Of a DNA stretch of 64,000 nucleotides, positions 55,441 through 64,000 are shown piece after piece. The number at the start of each line of letters is the position of its first letter. The stretch's first letter is position 1. Source of the DNA: Eledone cirrhosa (Eukaryota). Location: assembly GCA_964016885.1 (NCBI GenBank), contig OZ024741.1, positions 138,322,001 to 138,386,000 of the forward strand. The letters run 5' to 3'. The notes below the pieces were generated by a model, which saw only the letters and a list, made by a program, of their open reading frames with translations, ran no database searches and was not told the DNA's origin. The position numbers and the translations under genes were made by a program.

Positions 55441-55991
55441 GTCGTGAAACACTGGAAGGTAATATCACACCCACAACACGCTTAAACCCCACACACACGT
55501 GCTTCCCACCACATATTTACACCCTCAGCCTCCTGATTCCTCTCCCCCCACCCCCCTATCCACACACGCACAGACACTCCGACCCACAAAAACACCCCCC
55601 ACACACACCTCTTCCTGAACATGCAACCCCGTTCTTCCCCCAACACTCACTTTCACATACACACACACACACACGCACACCTACACACACACACCACCTT
55701 CAGCCCTCCCCGCTCAGACACCCCGTCTCCCTCTCCCCACTCCACCCGCCATCACCCCTACTCACCCCACACCCTTCCACCACCTGTTTACCCCCCTTTT
55801 AATTTCTGTTTATTTTGATCATGCCTTTATTTTTAAATTTTCTCATTCCTTGTATTTTGATCATGCTTTATTTTTATTTTTATATTTTTTGTCTTTATTT
55901 GTTAATTTTTCATTCGCAACGTTTCCTTTCGCTATATGTCTCTCCACCACTCCCCTACACACCTTTTGAACTCTGTTCCCACACACTTCTC

Positions 55992-56023
55992 ACCTGAGGA
56001 AGGGCTTATGCCCGAAACGTCGT
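55992..56023 (+). ncRNA. Classic minimal PLE hammerhead ribozyme
   Basis: AC-CTGAGGA-A-GGGC-TTAT-GCCC-GAAA-CG-TC-GT. Confidence 0.8.
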
Positions 56024-56110
56024 CCCCCACCTACCCCCCACTCTCCTGAGCGTGAATTTAATAAACATTTATTGTACTGCCTCTCTGTTCTGTCCCTGTT
56101 CAAATTTTTC

Positions 56111-56211
<101 letters not shown>

Positions 56212-57648
56212 CTGCATTTGCTTTAATAAGATATCACGAAAATGGGTAAAGTTAGATGCTCGTGGGGTGCATCCGCTCGTAAACAAAAGCAAATATATAT
56301 TTAAGTATTCTATAACATATTTGAGGACGTTTATGTCTTGTTGTCTTCCGTTTGGGTTTTATTTGAGTCCGTTTAGGACATACTGGTGCCATTTACGCGT
56401 AGATTCCGAATGGATGGAAGCTGGTGAGTGTGAATTTAACTCCCTATTACTTTTAATGTACATAGAAATTAAGCGTCTGTTTTCCCCTTGCTGAAATAAG
56501 ATATTGTGGCCAATACCATGATCACGATTTATATTCTCGTTCGTATCATTGCAGACAAAATACTAATCCTCGGACAATTTAATGCGACAGTTTCTGTCAT
56601 GGAGATTAAATAATCATGTTCAATCGTTGCATCTCGAAACTGATCACATACACACACACTCACACACACACACAGACACAGACAGAGAGAGAATGATAGT
56701 GAGAGAGAAGAGAAAGAGAGACTTACACACACACACGCACACACATATAGTATTAGTTTACATGATGTAATGTGAGTACTCATGCAATAATATAATGACT
56801 AATACCTTATTATCTCGCCGTTCTCCCGCATAAAATAACAGTGCAACCCTCATTATTTCTCTAAGAATAAAAATAATCATAATCTCCAAAATGAAGTTAA
56901 TAGATTATGATATGCCTAGATTTGATGCATACTAATATATGATACTGTTGTTTTCCCATTAAATCTCAAACGTATATCTCCAAACCTAAATCTATATAAT
57001 ATATTCATTGGATAAAAATAGTAATTGCAATTCAATCGTATCCATGTTGTAACTACTAAAAGTAATTGAACATAAGCATGGAAGTAAGGCGAATTAGTAG
57101 AATCTTTAGAACGTCGGGTAGAATGCTTTGAGTTATTCCTCTCGGCTGTATGAGTTCTGAGTTCATTTCCCCCAAGGTGACCTCTAGGTTTCATCGTTTC
57201 GATGTCGATATGAAATGTATCTTTCCAATATTGGGGTCGATTCTTACTCTCTTTCTCTCTCTGTGGATCACCCTATATGGAACTACTCGCATGTGACCTT
57301 AGCTTGAGAGCGATGAGTTTCACCACATTTACAACGCCCTCCAAAAGCTGTATATATGAGGACGATGCCAGTTCGACTTTATGGGGAGTCGTGGCTCCAT
57401 GGCATGATCCATATACCAGCGCACAAAAACGTTCATCAACATTTTTCTACTATAGTGGGTGACCTATATAAATAGAATGTTGATATGGTCGTTATGGATG
57501 TTGATGTTAGATATCCTTCTTTTCCGACAGTCGGATCATCGAATTGAGGTGTAAATGGTCCAGCATTTTACACTCACGTGTAAATTTAATGTACTACACA
57601 AGGGTATTCTGCTTGACACAGTGAATCATGACCGGCAATTTGAAATAT

Positions 57649-57826
57649 GATTTGTTGTATAGGCACATTTGGGAGAGGGGAGGTCGATTAAATCGACTCC
57701 AGTACGTTATTGGTGCTTTATGTTATAGACCCGGTAAGGATGAAAGGCAAAGTTAACCTCGGCGGGATTTGAACTCAGACCGTAAAGGACCGTAACTCTC
57801 TACCGATACTGCCAATCCACCACCCT
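57649..57826 (-). mobile_element. SINE with 17-bp TSD
   Basis: TSD CCGGCAATTTGAAATAT at 57632-57648 and 57827-57843. Confidence 0.85.
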
Positions 57827-58099
57827 CCGGCAATTTGAAATATAATTATAACTGAACCGACTGGAGTAAAGTAAAATGAAATGAACTGGTTAATGATACA
57901 AAAGGCCGTACAAATCAAACATACATCCTTACATTTGTAAGGCAAACGTTTTCCCCTTTAAGCCATGTACATTGACAATAAAGAAATAGATAAAGTTCGT
58001 TTGGAAATATTTTAAGTTTTCACTTAATATCCCAAGATGTACCGAGCAAAATACTTCCCGGTATTCCAGTCGTTAACGCTCTGTCTATGTTCTGCCAGG

Positions 58100-58310
58100 A
58101 AATTTTGAGGATCACTATAGTGTCGGATAAAAGACATCGATTTGTATTCTGGTTTACTGAGTTCCGAGTTCATGAAACAAAATTTGCTATTCCTTGTATC
58201 GAGTGCGATTCTGTGATTGATTCTTCCCCTTTTTGTTTTTCCTTATGTGTTAAGTGGATTAGAGGGCTGGACTGTGCGACTATTGAAGTCTCCAAACATA
58301 CCGTGTATCA
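58100..58310 (-). pseudogene. Possible decayed LINE APE endonuclease fragment
   Basis: Minus-strand FGDFNSR motif. Confidence 0.3.
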
Positions 58311-59489
58311 CGCCCCCACCCACGTGATGCCATAGAATAGTGTACACTTATATATATTGTTATGATTATATCAAATTATATTTAACAAAACAGAGTAATA
58401 TAACATTTACCATCTTAGTTGAATTAGTGAACAACAAAATATCGCTCGGTAAATGAGAGACCAAGCTGATATTTTATTTTTTTATTCTATAAATCTATGA
58501 ACGTAAATAATACATGAGTTGCTTCAATGAATTTGTTTTCGAGATTATTACTGACATTATATTCTGAAAGAACATCTATCAAGTCTTTCCAATTTACCTG
58601 AAGCTACGTGCACTATGAAAACATTGCAACCAAACACAAAATATTCTCAAAAGACCAGTAGTGTGTAAATATTGCTCTGAATAGGTGTAAAATAACAGGA
58701 GATGAAGAGGTCATATTAAGTACAACATGGATATATGTTAGTCTATATCAATAAGTGAAACGCATGAAAGACGATGTATTTTCTATACGATAGATATTTC
58801 TAATATTCATAAAGATATGAGAGGGTAAATAAGTGAAAATATAAATATATGATAGTCACAAACAATGAAATCAATACATTAAATAAAGGACGAAATAAAA
58901 TGTGTGTGCAATATAACACAAACATTTAAATCAAAGCTAAAGGAGTGGATAGGACCGTGGAAGTTACTTAAACATTCAATATATAGGGCCGAATGAGATA
59001 GAGAAAAAGTGTTTATACGACTAGAACTGTTGAATTTGTTTACACTCACAAGAAAGGACTTAACTATTCATTTCATACGAATGGAACGGTTCTTGTTGCG
59101 TAGAAGTTTCTTCTATTTAGAATATATAGGTACCTTCTCTACTAACATTATACCAGGCTTAACTGTGATTTCTTTCCGTTCCTCTTCGGAAAAATATGTT
59201 TAAATATATTTACACATACACACACGTACGCACTCGCGCATACATACGAGTCGATCGACTTTCGTCAAATCGGACCAAGGAAACAATGTTTTCGTTGGTC
59301 TTTCCAATTTATAATGCTATCTATCGCTCACAACTCCAAGTAGAAGGAGCAACGTGAAATAAAGTGTCTTGCTCAGGGACATAGCGCGTCGCCCGGTCCA
59401 GCATTCGACCGACAACCTCATGATTGTGAATCCAGTTCTCTAACCAATCAGACACACGCCTTCATATATATATCTAATTAATACATCAT

Positions 59490-60950
59490 TCAGCCACATC
59501 GCTCTGTGGAACAAAGGCTGTTGAGGACCCTCCTAAATCGTACACAATTCCGAGCTACTCCCGTCACTCCACTCCAGTTGGCTACCAGTTCGCTTAATTC
59601 AACTTCAATGTCTCGCCTCCAAATGCCATGGAGCCGGCCTCTCTACCTTTTACCATGCGCATTCAGATCAATGTTTTCCGTGTGATGCTGAATGCTGGAC
59701 TCCTGAGGGCATGTCCACTCCAGCACCACTTCATCTCCAGAATCTGCATTGCCACTGATTCCTGTCGCGATCACTCCGACAGATCTTCGTTTCCGACAGA
59801 TCTTCGTTTCCGACCTTCTTCGGCTATTTGATGTTGTATATCCACCCCAGACAGATGCTGAAGAATGTCTGGATCTTCTGGATCTTCAGCTGCATCTTCT
59901 TTATTGTCTTCCAAGTTTCACATCCGTACAGAAGTATCGATTTCACATTGTACTGGTTTAGTTCTTGGTTAGATCTCTTTTGATGCGCCGACATTCTTTA
60001 GCCCGATGGAAGCTTATTTTTCCTTGTCAAGTCTAGCTGTGACGTCTCAGTCGGTTCTCCACATCTCTAATGGGCTCTGAAACGACTATGACTGGTGTGT
60101 TAGCAGTGGGTTTGATCTTCACCAGTTCGGTTTTACTTTGTTTATCTTGAGCCCTGTCACAGCTGATATGGTCTCCAAGAGTGAGGTCCAATCCTGTATC
60201 TTGTCGTAACAGAGTGACAAGATTGCCAAGTCATCAGAAAAATCGAGGTCACCCAGTTCTGTCAAGGGTATCTACTGTATACAATTGTACCTATTTGATG
60301 TAGTTGTTCTCATTATCAAGTCAATGACAAGGGGGAAGAATAACGGTAACAGCGATCAATCCTGATGAACTCCAGGCTTCACCCGGGACACTGACCGTTG
60401 ACTGGTGTGTTAGCAGTGGGTTTGATCTTCACCAGTTCGGTTTTACTTTGTTTATCTTGAGCCCTGTCCCAGCTGATATGGTCTCCAAGAGTGAGGTCCA
60501 ATCCTGTATCTTGTCGTAACAGAGTGACAAGATTGCCAAGTCATCAGAAAAGTCGAGGTCTTCCAGTTCTGTCAAGGGTATCTACTGTATACAATTGTAC
60601 CTATTTGATGTAGTTGTTCTCATTATCAAGTCAATGACAAGGGGGAAGAATAACGGTAACAGCGATCAATCGTGATGAACTCCAGGCTTCACCCGGGACA
60701 CTGACCGTTGACCGGCGCGTGCGATCTAACAGCTCATGTCTTGGTAAGTGCAACGGATGTGGGAGCTACTACTCTCCCAAGGCATTCCGTAAAGCATCAG
60801 CAACTGCCATCATGTCCCTCTGTCCACACTGTCGAAAGCTTTTTCTTAGTCTATGAAGTTGATGTAGAGTTGGAAATTCCACTCCCGTGACAGCTCTACA
60901 ATGATGCATAGGCTAATGTGCTGATCAGCACAGGATCTTTGCATGCGGAA
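59490..60950 (-). mobile_element. Degenerate RTE LINE (RT to 3' end) with an internal 310-bp tandem duplication
   Basis: Minus-strand DLDFSDDLAILS, FIDxEKAFDSV-like and W-GH 3' motifs; duplication 60089-60398 and 60399-60708. Confidence 0.75.
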
Positions 60951-61346
60951 AAGCATATCAAATCGAATATTAATATCATTATTATCATTCAATATAACCC
61001 ATATTTACATTTATCTGTCTGCTATGTTAGAGCAAACATTCAAATTCAAATTTTCTTTTTTCTTTTCGGCAAGGCCGGCCGTAAAATCGCTTGGTATGCA
61101 AATGAGGCTGATCAGCCCGTGTATACATTAGAAAATACTATATACTTTCAACAGCTGAATCGAGTAGCTGAGAAGGGGAATGACCTAGACATATATTGAC
61201 TGTCGCTTGATGCTATTGTTGACTAAACGGATGACGATAGTTATCAAAAACAAAGCATGCTATAAATGAGACCATTTTCTCATGAACGAATATAATATTA
61301 TTACCATTATTTGATAATAACCCATATTTACGCACACACACACACA

Positions 61347-61411
<65 letters not shown>

Positions 61412-61654
61412 CTATGACAGCTGATTAAACATACGTGCGCATCACCTGTAATATTTCCCCGTACTTCGTCGTCTCTCATTTGCATTCCAATGAAGGACTA
61501 ACGCCTGAAACATTACGACTTTTTTCCATTATATCAAGTGTTGAAGACAAGTGATATGCATTATCACATTACTGCATTTTCCCTATTTTGATTTTTGCTG
61601 TTAAGGTTTTGCGCGCGCACGCACACCCAAACTTTATATATATATATATATATA

Positions 61655-61905
61655 CTATATATATAGTTATAAACTCAAACAGTCTTTTACAATTAAATTG
61701 CTCAAAGAAGAGGTATTTCTGAGCTGTGAAATACAAATTACAATCTAGCTAACTTGGTCATTTGCAATACAAACAGTTATATAATTGTATTAGTGTTTAT
61801 CATATATTAATTTATACTAATTTGTATTTCACGGCTCAGAAATACCTCTTTCTTTGAGCTATTTAATTGTAAAAGACTGTTTGAATTTATAACTCTATAT
61901 ATAGT
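61655..61905. repeat. Fold-back unit next to (TA)n
   Basis: Arms 61660-61740 and 61818-61900; the spacer is duplicated at 62290-62375. Confidence 0.7.
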
Positions 61906-63867
61906 ATTAACGGCTCCTTTTGTTAAGCTAAATTTTAGTCCCATAAAAACGTCTGTTATTTCTAGCAGCACGAGTATAGGACTAGCTAGGCGCTGAAAAA
62001 CCATGTGCGTTAAACACTTGCTTATCAGTCCTCCTAAGTATTTTGAGGTGAAACATACCAATTTTCTGGATACTTGCCGAAGAGCACAGAAATGGAATTT
62101 TTCACTTTTTCACTTATCGTTGCGAAACGAATTTGGGTTTTGAAATATAAATTTGTCTGCGGAACAGGTTTGGGTTTTGAAATTTAAATGTGTCCAGGTA
62201 TCACGGCTATTGCCAATATGGGTTTGTTTTTATTGATTTATTATTTTAAATAGAGACAGGCAAACTGTATTAATGTAATTTGTATTTTTCAATCTAGCTA
62301 ACTTGGTCATTTGCAATACAAACACTTATATAATTGTATTAGTGTTTATCATATATTAATTTATATTAATTTGTATATATATATATATCATATACATATA
62401 TCACGCACAAACCATCTGATTATGAAACGATCACCTTCCCATAAATATTAATACATTTATATATAAAGATGTCATTATACATATTTATATATAAAGATGT
62501 CAATATACATATGTATATGTAAACCTCTAAATATATGTGTAGATACATACATATATGTGTCTGTGTGTTTTAAAAAGGCTTATTGCTGAATGGTTGACGC
62601 ACGGTTTTTTTCTGTCTTGATATGTAAAGATATTTCAATTATTTTATTTGTTCTATTCATTTGTTGAAGAATATGTTGGCTATAAAACAGTGGAGTTTGT
62701 TTAGAGATAGGCGAATGCAATGTTTATAGGAATGCCTTCAGGTCTGATAACGCAACTCAAAATAAACGTTTTCAATTGAATCTTATACACGCATGCAATA
62801 TAGAATAGATGGGCTATTCTGCTTTCAATACTGTACTTGTATATATTTTTTTTCTATCACACCAAATGTTCTTAGTACAAGTATCTAGTATTTGATATAT
62901 TCCCTAACGGGAACCATCTTGATAAATCCCATACTGATGTGTGTACGCTGCAAAAGATAGAATTAAATTTTATGGCCTAGATTTAATGTCACAAATGTTG
63001 GTGAATATATAGGATAGCTCATGCTGTTATTCTAAACGCATAGTAGAACTGTCGGGAGAGAATATGAAATGATGGAGAGAGAGAAATATAGTGGAAAAAA
63101 TAGCAGTTTATATATCTTAATTTCGCAAAATATACAAACAACTAAATCACAGAGATACTAAAAGTGGGCTATCCTATTCATACATTCTGAATACTAAAAC
63201 GACGGCATTTTATGATTTATTTTTTAACCCGATGCTTTAAGTAGATATCGTTAAACAGACCATCAATATTCTACCATATATATTGAAATTCGATTTCACT
63301 TGATATCTGCTCTCCACCGTTTTTATATACTTGTGAATTTTCCCCACATTCTAATTGACATATCCCAGTTATCGAGATGATAAAATGAGAAATATATATC
63401 GGACCGCATATATTCTACATCAGCCACAACCAGCATAGCATAATCTGCAGATTTTAGGTTCGATTACACTCTGCAATAATTTGAAGGAATTTCTTAGAAT
63501 CACATAAATTGTGAAGACACTTAGCTCAGTGGTCAGTGTGGTTGCCTCAAGAAAATAATACCATGGGTTCGATTCTTTCCCCAGAGGGCGTTAGGTCTTT
63601 GGGCAAAACGCTCAGCTGACAAACATTTTTGCATGTATTTCGAATTGAAAATACTTGCCACACATTGTATCTAGGTGAACATGAAAAGAACACTAAGTGT
63701 ACATGAGTCTGTACAATACTCACATACCTTCAGGTTAATTTCACTGGCAACTGTTCTGTTCTTCCAATCAAGTTGGCTATTACGCCGCCCCGAAAAATGC
63801 TCGGGAAAAATGCTCGAACTCAAAACCATTTACAGGCAAACGTATGTGTTTGTGTGTGTGTATGTGT

Positions 63868-63903
<36 letters not shown>

Positions 63904-64000
63904 AGGTAAAATAAAAAGAAAATTCTATATATGGTATATTAATGTTCCTTTTAAAAACATGAGATTACAACATACCTGCCAACATCTGAAACCGCAAACG

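Noticed and set aside
61485-61516. CCAATGAAGGACTAACGCCTGAAACATTA
   Set aside because: Resembles a PLE HHR but has multiple core mutations.

Overview
AT-rich, microsatellite-dense eukaryotic DNA. The repeat content looks like a cephalopod such as Octopus (inference). There is no confidently intact host gene; the window is essentially a stack of transposons. The dominant system is a set of Penelope-like element (PLE) derivatives: five GIY-YIG endonuclease remnants plus at least 10 fold-back (inverted-repeat) units sitting in (TA)n microsatellites. Most of these units carry type I hammerhead ribozyme (HHR) motifs, often on both strands. About 20 HHR motifs from more than 10 sequence families can be read by eye, including U3-A8 core variants, U10.1/U11.1 variants and 40-90 nt stem II extensions. 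Also present: a full-length degenerate L1/Tx1 LINE between (TTA)n tracts, three R4/Dong-type RLE LINE remnants, RTE remnants, a bipartite non-autonomous RTE with a twister-like 5' head, many tRNA-derived SINEs with TSDs, a hAT MITE, mariner relics and a possible decayed secreted Cys-rich gene. All structures and alignments were done by eye; none was computed.
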